Below are positions 1 through 12,529 of a stretch of DNA of 64,000 bases, one piece after another; the first letter of the stretch is position 1, and the number at the start of each line of letters is the position of its first letter. Under the pieces are notes generated by a model that worked only from the letters and a program-made list of their open reading frames with translations, was not told the DNA's origin and did no database searches. The translations under genes and the position numbers were made by a program. This stretch comes from Camelus ferus (lineage: Eukaryota): the NCBI RefSeq assembly GCF_009834535.1, contig NC_045696.1, positions 49,788,001-49,852,000 of the forward strand. Reading direction: 5' to 3'.

Positions 1-1675
1 GTATTTTTTAAAAAAACAAGGTGCATACTCCTTTTTTTTAAAGGACATTTTTTATTATGTCCTAAGAGTGTGGGGATTGTTAGAAAGTTTGAGACTTTGA
101 TTGTCCCCTCCTGGCGTTTGGCATGTTTGACCTAGCTTCACATCCTCATGCTTCAGATCCCATTCAACCAAAATACTGCAACTTGCCTCGGATATTCTTC
201 AAAATAATAATTATTTCCATAATATCCACAGTGTAAAAAGTTGCTGTGTCAACACAAAATATTTTCCTTACACATTATTGAAGCCATAATAGACAGCATT
301 CCTCTGCTACGAGTCAAAATTTGCAAAACATTTTACCAGTGTCTCATTTCTTCCTTCCAACAATCCCGTGATGTATAAAATATCTCCATATTGATGTTTA
401 GGGAACTGAGTGAGGCTCAGCGTTGGTAAGTAGCTTGTCCAGGGTCAGACCACAAGCAGGGCATGTGGTCCAGAGAACAATAAGTTTTTAACTGTTTTAA
501 CATTTTAAAGTAAATAATTTATTATTCCAAACGCTGCCCTCCTTTTAGTGCATTCAGTGCATACTCACGTGTGGGTATTCAAAAAAAAAAATCTGTTTTA
601 AGACTCCTTTCAACTATCATCAAATCCATATATGAATTTGGCCCCAGGGGTCAGTCATTAGCCCCCCAAAGTAGGCGCCCCCTGGTTTACTATGCCCGGC
701 CCTTACCTTTCCTGCAGGAACCCTCACTATCTGTTACCTTCTGTTAAAAGACTGTATCTCCTCACAACTTTTAGGTTCATAAATATCACGTATAAATAGA
801 TAATTGTAAAGTTAAAATGCAGATATTCTTCATGATTGGCATGTTTGAAGATTGATAGTAAATTTGATAACTCAGATTTGAACTCATTGTGACATATTTC
901 AAAAGCCTGAGTTTGGTATAAAAATGGTCAAACCGAAAGAATCTGTAGTTAAGAAGTAACTTTTCTATCAAAGACATTTTTGGGGGAGGCCAAGAAAACT
1001 TTGGAGAAGTTTCAAGTTGGCCAAAATTTTGCCTTAGGAATCTGAAGAAAAAAAAAATAATAAAATCATCAACAGGAGGATTTTTAAATGCGAGGGATTA
1101 CAATAGGGGCTTCTTGGCCAGGATCTTTTTTAAATCGAGAAGGATGCCTTACATGGAAACATTATGTGGATTGGAGTGTGTTTATGTGATTGAGATAATG
1201 ATTCCAACTTTAAAGCAACTTCCCTGTTTACTCTTTGTCTCCGTCTTCTTTCTTCTCCCTTTTCGTGTTCTCCTCAAACTGGGATCTGTGCCATCACACA
1301 GCACTGTCCAGACAGACAAGGGGAGAAACTGCTTACTTGCTTTGTCCACTGGCTGTTCCGCCATCCACATGGCAACCATCATAATAATTTGTAAGTTGTC
1401 CTGAGGCCCCAAGGCAGCAGGCACTACTGTGAAAGGGACAGGTGGATTTTTAAAAAAAATTTTTCTAGGTTCAGTAGTAGACTCCTCCAGTATCTATGTA
1501 TCTTACCAAATGCTAGCCCAAGTCTCTTAGTGAACACGAGTACAAGCTGAATAATTTTTTTTAATTCTGTGTTAAAATTCCAAAGCTTCCTTGTAAATGC
1601 ATACTTCCTAATTTCCTCAGTGACCTGTTTCAGTTAGTCAAGTTGTGCTATTCTGCTTTACATTTGCATTTAAAG

Positions 1676-1816
1676 CACTTTAGAAGTCTGGAAGAAAGGA
1701 AAAAACAGCATCAAGAAGGCCTCTATCTGAGTGACACTTTGCCTCGAAAGAAAAGCACCCCTTCCATATCCCCACATTTCAGCAGTGCTACTATGGGGAG
1801 GAGCACCGCCCCGAAG
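1676..1816 (+). CDS. PHLDB2: PHLDB2 (LL5-beta) internal coding exon, HFRSLEERKK...GRSTAPK
   Basis: taaag|CAC acceptor, AAG|gtagga donor, 141 nt, phase 0/0. Peptide matches recalled PHLDB2 sequence. Upstream exons lie outside the window. Confidence 0.93.
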
Positions 1817-2149
1817 GTAGGACATGGGGAGAACCACGGGCTTCACCTTCACTGAGTCCATTTGTCCTCTTGTTGACTGATGTGCAAAGGCCCTTAAAGA
1901 AAATGCTCTATAATGAACCAGTAAGTTTGCTTGTTAGGCAGACATCGTAATTAAATTGCATTTCCTACCCATTCAGAGGACATTTGAAATTATACACTCT
2001 GGTACCAAAGCACCTACCCAGTCCAGTGGTGAGTAGCATTCACTTCTGTGACACACTCCCATAGCTGCATCCCAGATCTGGAAATTGGAGGATAGAAGCC
2101 CTGGATTCCAGGAATAATAGCAACAAATACTTACGGAGTTATTTCTTTG

Positions 2150-2380
2150 AGCCTGACACTGGGCCAAGCCTTTTATGTGGATTGTTTCATTTTAAAACCC
2201 AACAGCACTATGCAGTGAAAGTACTAATTATTATCATCCCCATTGTGCACGTGGGTAAACCCAGGTGGAGAGAAGCCACGTGGCTGGCCCCCGTGCCCTC
2301 AGCTGGTGGCACTGACGCAAGAATGTGAACCCTTGAGGTGTGATGCCTGAGTCACCTTCACTTCTGTTCTGCTGACTTGC
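2150..2380. mobile_element. MIR SINE
   Basis: attatcatccccatt...gtaaacccagg MIR-core-like sequence. Confidence 0.5.
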
Positions 2381-2984
2381 CCAGGGGTCATTGCAGGAAG
2401 AGGGGAAGGGAAACTGAGAAGGAGGTCCTGAGTGGGACATACTCTGGGATCCTTCCCTTGCCCTTAATCAGAGTAACTTTGTTTTCATCTATTTTATAAA
2501 CTGGCATTCCAGGTATATTTTACACTAAGGATTTTGCTATTTTAAAAGACTGCTGAAACCACAGGGATAATTAATAAGTTTCTCCAGTTGTCAGCCCATT
2601 TGATAACTAGGAGTGGATGGAAATTGGTGCCCTTGTAATGAGTGTAGATCTTCTCTGTCCTTGTGCATGATGTGCATGCATTCTTGACCCCGCATCTGCC
2701 CTCTGCTCCTCATGCATGAAGGACTTTGAGTTGTTCTCTAAGGTGGTTTTGGACAGTGTTTTCCCCATCTGTCTTCAGTCTGGGAATTGCTGCCACTGGA
2801 GGAATGGCTGTGATGTTGAGACTGCTGTGGAGCTCCTGGGGAGGGACATCAACACACGGGATGCAGAGCCTTACCTTCCCTGCCCTCTGTACCAAGATAG
2901 GAGCTGTGGAAACAGCGATGTGACCATGTCCGGAAGGACCACTGGGCCTGCAGTTTGCCTGAATTATTTCCCTGGTTTTCACAG

Positions 2985-3084
2985 GGCCACCTGCCCCTGG
3001 GACAAAGCAACAGCTGTGGCAGCGTGCTCCCCCACTCCCTGGCAACCATGACCAAAGACTCAGAATCTCGGAGGATGCTCAGAG
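2985..3084 (+). CDS. PHLDB2: PHLDB2 coding exon, GHLPLGQSNSCGSVLPHSLATMTKDSESRRMLR
   Basis: ttttcacag|GGC and AGAG|gtatgt; 100 nt, phase 0/1, in frame with neighbours. Confidence 0.93.
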
Positions 3085-6000
3085 GTATGTATGTACCTTT
3101 TAAACCGAGTGTCATGTCCTTTGTCAAGCACTAGAGTTCCTTAGGGAGAGTGAGTCGGAGCAGAGTTGGGGGTCATTAGAGAGGGAATCAACCACTGTCC
3201 TCAACTTTATTCTTCATGTATCCCCTTTAGGGAGGGGTGTGTGTATATATATACTCCTTATTGTCCTAAGATGATTTTTCCCACATACACACATGGCTGG
3301 TACATTTTAAACATACCCATTGTACTTTATAAATTCAATGGAATTCTCAGATAAGAAAGGCCCGTAGAGAGTTACTAACCTTTGTATTTGATTGGGAGAA
3401 ACTAAAAAGAGACCACTGACGTCCTGAGAGATTCCCAGGGCACTTAACTGAGTCACTGCCCTGGTTTGTGGCTGAGCCACTCTGTTTCACCCCTGCTAAA
3501 GGCTCACTGAGCTGACACAGAGCACCAGTGGCCCAGGACAAACTTCCCAGAGGGCTTTTAATGTGGACTGAGCTTTCATTCTATGTGGATGTTTTGGACT
3601 CTCAGCATAGTCTATTTCTTTGTAATAGTACATTGCATTTTTCAAGTAGTCTTTGTGGGACTAGAAGAAAATGCTATAATGCAATTCCAGAGGTGAGGTT
3701 CTCATTGAGAAGATTCGATTTATTGTGTTAACATAGTAAAGTTTAGGTCAATTTATATTGGCCCTGACTTTTGAACAAGCGCAGTGCTAGATAGCAAGAG
3801 TGCACATAAATGACATGATCTTTGCCCTTGACATACTTATAGTCTCATGAGGAAGAGAGACACAAAACATACGATTTCAGTAAACTGTGTAAATGCAATG
3901 ATGGAGGTTTGCCCAGGATGTGAATGGGGATGCCAGCAGTGGCCTCTCAGCGCATTCGTTAGTGGGATTCATACCCTTCCCTCTAAGCAGGCTGGGTTTC
4001 AGCTCAGACTGCTCGGCCTCTTTACTAATGTCACCAGGGAGTAATCACTGATACCATGAGAAATAATGTGTAATTATTAGTGTACGTATAATTAATGGTG
4101 TGTATATGTGTGTGGATAAGTGGAATATATATGTCACTTGAGTGAGGCTTTCATCATCACCAGAAGGGATTTAAGAGCTAACAGAGGCCATGGTATTCAT
4201 ACATGTGGTTTATAACGTGTGAGAGGTTCACAGTGTTAACATTTGAATAAAATACACTTGAGTGAACTTCTCCTTTATTTTTTCATAATTTCTTAATAAG
4301 CTAAAAATATCTCTTACAGTTTATAAATAATAAACAAATGATTATTTTTTGGCTCTCACTTATAACTGTTCACTTGTGGGTCAAGTCTGTTTTCTGTTAA
4401 GGCATTCTTCTGTGATATTTATAAACTTCTTTTTAAGTAAATTTTTTCCCTCTGGCTGAAGACAACAAAGTTTGGGTTAGCCACTATGCCATATTTATGT
4501 TGAAAGCATTTCCTTAGAGAGTAAGAAAAACTAGACTTTTATACCAAATGGATAGATTTGTAAAAATCGAGTTGTTAACAGTATCATATAAAAAGATTCT
4601 TGTGAGATGTAGTGAAACAGAAGGGATGTTTGATCTCTATTTTTCTAATTTGTTTTTCCCTTAAATAATAGAAATCCTCATGTTAGGTTCATGAAGAAAA
4701 AACTGAGCCAATTCCTTAGGTCACATTAGGGACGGACATACCCTCTGGGAAATCTGTTGTCTTTGACTTAGCTTTCGTGCTCTGTTCTTCACTGGTAGGT
4801 CTTTTATCCATCTGAGAGGTCTGCAGCCTCAGTCTTTCCCTGCTGCAGCTCTAAGTGGTGTTCCTCTTAAAGAGTTCCATGTGGTGCTGATGAGACAGCT
4901 CCCCAGTAAACAGAGAACCATCATGTATGTGTTGATCCAAGAGGATGTGATGTAAATATCTTGTGAGGCCAGCCTGCCACCCTTGACTCCCCCACCCAGA
5001 GGAGGAGCAGTTGGGAACTGCAGTTTTTTGAGTTAAAACAGACCATCAAATTGGTGGGATTTTCTACCAGGCCCATACAGCTGGCCCACAAGGACCAAGA
5101 AAGATGAATGATAATTTCATTTGGAATTGTTTCACTAGCACGTGTTGGCTTCATTCAACTAGCAAACGCCAAGTAAAATTTCATTTTTGAAACAAACTGG
5201 ACCTTGCACATTTTCATTAACTCGAGTGAAATAAATCTTAACCATTTTTATGACTTGCACAATTAACTTAAATGAACTATTCTTTTGCTGCTTATTCGTA
5301 ATGGACACATCAAGGACAATGGTGTAAGTATCAGCCTTCCTTCTGTCAGCACTGTTTTAGTAGAACTGACAACGTGATCCTGCCGACAAAGATCTCTGAG
5401 AGCAGGTTTCAAGCAGAGAGCCCAGGAACTCAGCTCTTAAAGTTGTAATGGTTATTGGCTTTTGTACAACTTGTGAACTATTCCTCTGTAAGCTTTAGAA
5501 TGAATGAAATCTTTGTCCTTTTGTCTTCTGTTCAATGCAGGAAAGTCCAAGAAAGGTATGACAACCTCCCTGTGTGGTGTTTTTGTTTCCAGCAAATAGT
5601 GAAAGGTCATTGTCAAGTCACCTTTAAGAAGTGATCAGATTTAAAACTGTACAATGGTGTATTTTTCAGTCTAATGATTATTCCTTTTACACAATAGAGG
5701 AAAATTGTTGCACATTTGCTAGAAACACAATGCTGGGTGCAGCTGCCGTTCATTCATGGGCAGCTGCACGACCCTCTTTGTTTTGTTTTTTTGTTGCAAG
5801 GTCAGACCATGCAGGAAACACGAGTGCTTCAGAAGCATTGTTTTGTAAGACTCAGGATCTAGATGAAGAAAGAGCGGGCCTTGTGATGTATGTCGGCTAA
5901 GTGTCAAACAGGATATTTCTCCTTTATAAAGGCCAGGTGTAAATAAGGAGGCTACATGGGAGGATGGAAGGATTTTGGAGGCTCCAACTTGTTCATTCCA

Positions 6001-9000
6001 TTTAAGCCAGTTTTATAGGAAAGATTCAGCAGAGAGTGAAGAGCAGTCTAGATGTCTGGCTGGAATAAATAAGACGCTTCTTATGTGGCCGGGTGATAGA
6101 GACGGAGGATGTTACAGGACTGACTTGTAAAGTTTGATGGGTTGTGCTTCAAATAATTGAATGGCATGTTGCAAACCTTAGCTCTTAAAAACTATCTGTT
6201 AATGTCCTCTCAGCAAAAAGAACTGTTTCATAGATAGAATCTTGTCTTTAGTCTCCCTGTTTTCTAGTTGACCCATGTGTGCGAAAGGTTTTCTCATTTT
6301 TGACTGTGTGCATGTTTCATAAGCTTACTTTTGTTTTTTTAACTTCTTGAGTTCTTCTCTATAAACTCAGATTTAATCTAAAACTGTGAACATCTTACCT
6401 CATCAAGCTGGTATTGTGACTAACCCCGTCAACGACTGCATGCTGAAGTGTCTGTTTTCCTGTCCCTTTGCCATCCTTTTTGATCTTGTATCTTTTTCCC
6501 TTTCACTGTCATCCTCCTCATTCCTGACTTGTCCTGCGCCTTCGTCTTCCGGCTGTGGACTGTGGGTAGGAAGAATGAGTTTCTCAGCAGGTGAGAAATG
6601 GTCGGAAATACCCATTAATTTTATCCTCTCAAACCAGATTATAATTTGGTCATCTAATTTTCTGTATTAAGGCCCAGATAACCATTTGAAGGTCTATAAC
6701 ACACATTTGGAAAATACTGGCGAGATTATGTATCCCACAATGGTTAACTCACAAAGGACTTTTCAGATCCAATTAGCTAGAATTCATAAAGATGAGCATT
6801 TTGAAAAATAATGATAAATGGGCTTTGCACAGCCAATCTGTTGGCTCTTCCAGGGCAGTGAAGAGAGTTGAATTGGCTTGGGTTCCATGTTTGTGCTGTG
6901 CTTAGCGACCAGCCTCGGGTATTATCAGGTCTCACTTTATAAAGCCTATAAAATACCGCATTCAGACAGACATTTCTGCCTGGATAGGAAGGATTTAGAG
7001 CATTTACAAGGCCTTTTTTCCTTTTTAGTTGCTGTCCCACTGCTGAATGTTATTCTTGCTACATAATTTTGAAACAAAAACAAAAACCAAGCAGTCTCAA
7101 GGATTTGGGAAAGTCTCAGGTTTTTTTCCAACCCCCTTGCTTTGCCCCACCCCAAACAGTAGATGCATTCCACGTCCTTATTTAGCCACTAACATGGTTA
7201 GAATTTACAGATGAACAAGTGAATACATTCAGTGAGTCTTTATTTTGTGACATCTGAATACCAAGCAAATGGGGGTGAACAGGATACACATGTCCCCCTC
7301 CCTGATAACTTATCTTGAGTGGAGGCTTAATCAGCTCACAATGGTACTGATGCTACCTTACTGCACCAGCAGCTCTTCCTGGGCCCCTACCTGGGAACCC
7401 TCCCCCAGAATCCTGATCTCCTGCAGGGTTTTTCTGTTGAAAATATCTGTCTCTTTAAAGGGCCGGGACAGAGCCTGGATCCTAAAGCCAGCTCTTATGA
7501 GTCACACTGGTGCAATTCTGGGGTCCCAAGGAGGAGGTCCATGCCCTCGTTTGTAATTGCAGGAGTAACTTGGTTTTTTGGGGGGATTGTTCAGGAGGGA
7601 GGAGGCTCAGCCAGGTGACAGCTGAGTTCATCGTGATCAGTTGAGTGTTGCCGGTGGGGGGAAGGGAGCAGCTCATAAGATGGACGTTCAACACACTTGG
7701 GTCCACAGGAAACAAAAGTCCTGCTTTGGGAAAGCTGCTTGTTAGCAGCAGCACTTCCCATTCAGGCTGCCATGAAAACGCAAGGTGTTCATCCTACCAC
7801 CGGAATGATGGAAGGTTCCCTCGGACTGAGAGCAGCGAAATACAGCGAAACACAGAGGAGGTGACCTAGGGGATTTAGGGTCACAGTCCTTAGCACGGTA
7901 CACATTGTAACACGGCTGTCCCTTGTGCCTGCATCCAAAACATTGGCACCATTTTAGTTTACTGTCTACTTCTCATGAAGGTGGTAAGTTCATTTTCTTA
8001 TTTTGTGATACTTTTGGGAAAAAAAAAATTCCTAGAAGATATGAGGAGCAGGGCATACAGTTGTTTTAAGAAGAAATATATTCACTCTCTTTTCTGCTTT
8101 TCCCGAAAGTGTTCGTTGCGTTGTAGGAACTGACTTTTCCTCATTGTGAAAAACTGAAGGGAAGGGAGGTTTGGCACATGTCATCGCACAGGAGATAATT
8201 CTTGCATGTTTTTAATTATAGGGCTGTCCTTTAGGGATTTGTTTTTCATACTAAAACCAGGACATGTCTCTCATGTCATTAGTGCCAGTGTGAGGTTTTC
8301 TTTGCCAACAAGCCTTTTTGGAAAACATAAGGAAAGATATGTGTATGACCTTTTCAAATAATTTCTGGTGTGTTTTTCTTGTCCCCCCTTTTTCCATGAT
8401 GAATAATTGGAAACAATTTAAAAGGAGCAGTTAGTAATTCCAAAAGTTCAAGTATCAAAGGTAAATATTTGAATATTGAATTATTTTGCCATTCTTAAGG
8501 GGATAAAAGGCACATGCTCCACGCTTATGAATGCACTGGCTTCGTGTGATGCTTTATGCATTAATCATTGCAATTAATGACATGCTCTCTAAAGTCTCAT
8601 GGTGTGCTTTCACGTTTTGCATGTTTCCTGAGCAGAGTGATATGTAGTTTTTGCGTATGGGTGTTTGTTTATCATTTATAATTACATTTTATATTTAAAG
8701 AAACTTATTTTCCCAGAATTGCCTTAATGTGTACTAACATTTTCACGTAGATAATCTAAAACTACTCCAAAATACGAACGGCATGCAAATTCCTCATGGA
8801 ACTAAAATCATCTTACAGTTTTAGTTTTGGTTTATAGTGCTTTGTTAAAGCATCATGGATTTGGCTTCTGTTTTTAAATGGAAATATTAGTCAACAGCTG
8901 AGGAAGTTGTTTGGAATCACTTGTCTTCTTTTGCCCTTTGGCCTTCTTTTTGACCATTTCATTACTAATTAAAAGCCTCATTGAGAGGTAGATTGAGCAC

Positions 9001-10058
9001 AAGAAAACGGAAAATTCAGATGGTCCAATTGTAAACTCTTAATAATAAGTCTAGTAGGAAATTTGATCAGATTTGATTTGATTGCAAACTATGGTACCGG
9101 CTAAAGAAAACATCTTTTTAATGAATCAAGGGATTTATTTATCAGTATGATCCCTAATTCCTGAGTACATGGTAAATAGAGAATCAAAAGGAAGAATAAT
9201 TCAATGTGTGATGCCCAAAATCAGCTACCAGAGAGCAAGCCATAGCAATAACACAAATGACCGACATGCCAGCTGACCAGGTACAGGGTAAGGGAAACCC
9301 CTCTTACTTATGGTACTTTTGCTTCTATTAATGTGATCCCTACATTTTCATATGGTTGATACCACCAACTAGCCAAAGGCTGACGGTTAAGGTGGAAAAA
9401 AAAGAAAGCCATATATGTGGTAATTAGGAGGACCACAGCCATTGGAAGGGTTATGGACTCTGCATGTCTTACATAAGGTAGTTGGCAGACAAGGCAAATT
9501 GGGGGGGGGGGGGGAGAATGAGAAAAATGTGCAGTTTGCATCTTAACCAGACTACAAGTGTTCGTGATGATAGGAGTGACATGCAGGTTTCTCAAATCCT
9601 ATACCTAGATGGTCCAGCTTCTGTTTTGTGACCAGATTGAGTAGCTCTTAAGTTGGAACACCACTGAAGAAATGACTGCCCTAAGACCCTGGTGTTGCTT
9701 GTCATGAGGAGTCATCTTGATTCACTTAAACTCAGCTATTTCTAGAGGATTCGGGGCCTTTAATCGTGTTCTGGGTGTGTGTGTGTGCTGATATATTATC
9801 CTCGGTTGTACTGAGAAGTGGAAATGACACAGCAGTGTCAAGTGACCCGCTGACAAAGACCATCATTCACAAGGCCGGTTCTGGGAAACGCTTGCTTGCA
9901 CTGAGCGTGATGCTGTCTCTTTGATCTTTTTGGCTTCAAAACAAATTAGACCAAGGCCCCAGTTTCATAGGCAGATGTTTTGGGTTGCTGGTTTATGTCT
10001 TAGAAGATCTAAGACTGAAAAATGAGACATAGTAACATATTTATGGCTCTTTCCTTAG

Positions 10059-10266
10059 GATATAATCACCAACAGATGAGTGAGGGACAAAGGCAGAAGT
10101 CTTCTGAATTTTACAACCGCACAGCATCCGAATCAAATGTCTACTTGAACAGTTTCCACTACCCAGATCACAGCTACAAGGACCAGGCCTTCGACACGCT
10201 GAGCCTAGACAGCTCTGACAGCATGGAGACCAGCATCTCTGCCTGCTCACCTGACAATATCTCTAG
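10059..10266 (+). CDS. PHLDB2: PHLDB2 coding exon, GYNHQQMSEG...DTLSLDSSDSMETSISACSPDNIS
   Basis: ttccttag|GA and TAG|gtaaga; 208 nt, phase 1/2; FDTLSL motif typical of the PHLDB family. Confidence 0.95.
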
Positions 10267-11052
10267 GTAAGATGTACTCCTGGGAAAGGTTTCTGGTTTG
10301 GAAAAGCACCTACTGGTTTCAAAAAGTAAAGCCATCAATTTGGGACAATGCATATGTACAAGCCCAAATTTCAGAGCATAAAGAGTCTACGATATAGAAG
10401 AAGGTTGACTGTCATGGTGGCCTTTGAAAGTAGTTTTTTCTCTGTATCCCATGTGATTAATCCATTTTCTCCTCTGCTCTGTTTCTCTACATTTGACTTC
10501 ACTTGCATACTGTGCTGCAAAATCGATTTACCTCTGTTGGTTGACTCCAATCTTCTTTTGGACTGCTTTTGATTCAGTAAAGAAGTCATTTCCAGTGATA
10601 CAGGAAGAATTTGAAGGCTGTCTTGCTCTTATGTTTGGTTGAAAAGAAGGCTTTAGCTGCTTTGCATATTAAAATTTTTGTAAGGATTTAAACATTCATA
10701 TTTGTGTTCATACTTTGAGGAAAGCAAAGGTGGTCATGTGTGATGATGGCCAAAGGTGCATCAGAAATACAGAGCTAGTGAGAGTATTCTTCCTCTTCCA
10801 AAGCTTGCGATGGTGCCCAGCTACCTTTAAAGTCAGACCCCAGAGCCTGGCATTCTAGGACAGACCCAGCTCACTAGTCATTCTCTCCTCCTGATACACC
10901 TCACAGAGCTTCTTATTCATTTAGAGGGCAATGAATTCTCAGACTTCCGTGCCTTAGACATTATTGGTTCTAGCCCTGGGATCACACCCTTTGTTCATTC
11001 TTTTATTTATATGCTCATTCATTCCACACATTCTTGTAGAGTACCCTACCAT

Positions 11053-11251
11053 TAATGGCGAGCTGAAGTTGGCTCAGACTGGCTGGCAAGCACCGAATGT
11101 GCCCGCCTCCTCCTGACCCAGGGATCGGTGATGTCATGTCGGTAGCTGGAAGCTGGTCGTGCAGGCAGTATTCACTCCACATAAGTCGACATTTGCTACC
11201 TGTCAGGGGTTTTGTTCTCCTCCGGAGAGCTGGTTGACCAGCGCACCGCTG
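11053..11251. mobile_element. MER63-like hAT element
   Basis: aatggcgagctg...ccagcgcaccgctg termini; internal gtgatgtcatgtcggtagctggaa. Confidence 0.6.
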
Positions 11252-12529
11252 TCAAGAGTCAGCTCATCCTTTCTTGTGTTTATCCACTCAGCCTCTCCTC
11301 ACTGAGCACTGGGAAAAATATCTTCTCATCTCCCATCCCCTCCCATTTTAGCCTGGAGAAATTCTCTGCATCCTTCAGGCTCAAACTCAAGTAGGAAACT
11401 CGTGAAAACGTCTCCCTTTCGGGCGTTGTTGTTCTTCCGTGTTTCCATGGCATTTGATGCGTTTTCCTATTATATCACAGATCGCATTGCAGTCTACAAT
11501 TTTTTTTCAATAATTAATCAGTGCAGTCCTCAATGCCAAGGAGGATATCTAATTAATTATCTTTTGTTTTCTGCACTCAGCAGAGATCTTGGCATATAGT
11601 AGGCACTCAGTAAGTGCTGGCTGAATAAATACCTCAGGGTGTAGTAAAATGGACATATTTTCAATTTTGATTTTTCTTCTTTGATTTATTTCACTTGGCT
11701 GAGAGCGAGCCATTATGATTTCAACACAAGAAATGTCCAGTATTCAATAAGTGGTCATTGAGCACATGTCTCTCTCTCTCAAGTGACAATGTCTAGTTGG
11801 ATAGTGGCCATCGAACGAACTTCCCTGCATTGTAGTGAAGCCACAGGCTGGGGCAGGAGCACTCATGCCCTTTGGGCTCCTCCTGACAACTGATTGTGCT
11901 AACTGAAGCAATCACAGAACTCTCTCGGTCCTGGTTTGCTAATCTGCTAAAGGGAGGGATGGTTTCTTAAATGCAAGGGGATGATGGATTTTAAAACATG
12001 GTGGTAGAAAATTACCATCCTGTATATAGAATTCCTTTACAAAAGTTTGAATGATTTGTCCCCCACCCCCCAAAAAAAGGAGTAACAGAGACAGAGGGAA
12101 AGTAGTATCAGCGAAGTCGACTCAGCTTCGGGTTAGTGTTTCATAAATAAAGAGTGTGAGAGACCCACATGTAACCAGATATTATAGCTAGGAAATCTGG
12201 GGAGTCGGGGAGAAGAAAAAAAAGATAGATGCTGTATTTTGTGGTGAATAGAATACGGTGTGTTGTAATTCTGACATCATAATGGGTGAAATAATGGTAT
12301 TACTGGGTATATCCTCTCAGAGAAGGAAAGGAGTTCCTGGGGAAAAACACTCAAGCGACCATGAGAATTATATATATTGCTTCTTGTCGCATGAAATGAC
12401 CTAAATTTAAGGAGGGAATTATGTAAAAATAAAGAATAATTTTTTTTTGCTGCCATTATTATTTAATGTTAGAAGGGTTAGTATTTCACTCTATTCAATG
12501 TGAGAAGATGGAATATCTCACTTTTTACA

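Noticed and set aside
6371..6410. 40-nt exon after ctcag
   Set aside because: Immediate TAA in frame and weak donor (gtattg); better explained as regulatory sequence for the 6570 candidate
8751..8825. Exon after TACTAAC...cgtag
   Set aside because: Branch point is very close to the AG and no GT donor occurs before the stop; treated as a QKI motif
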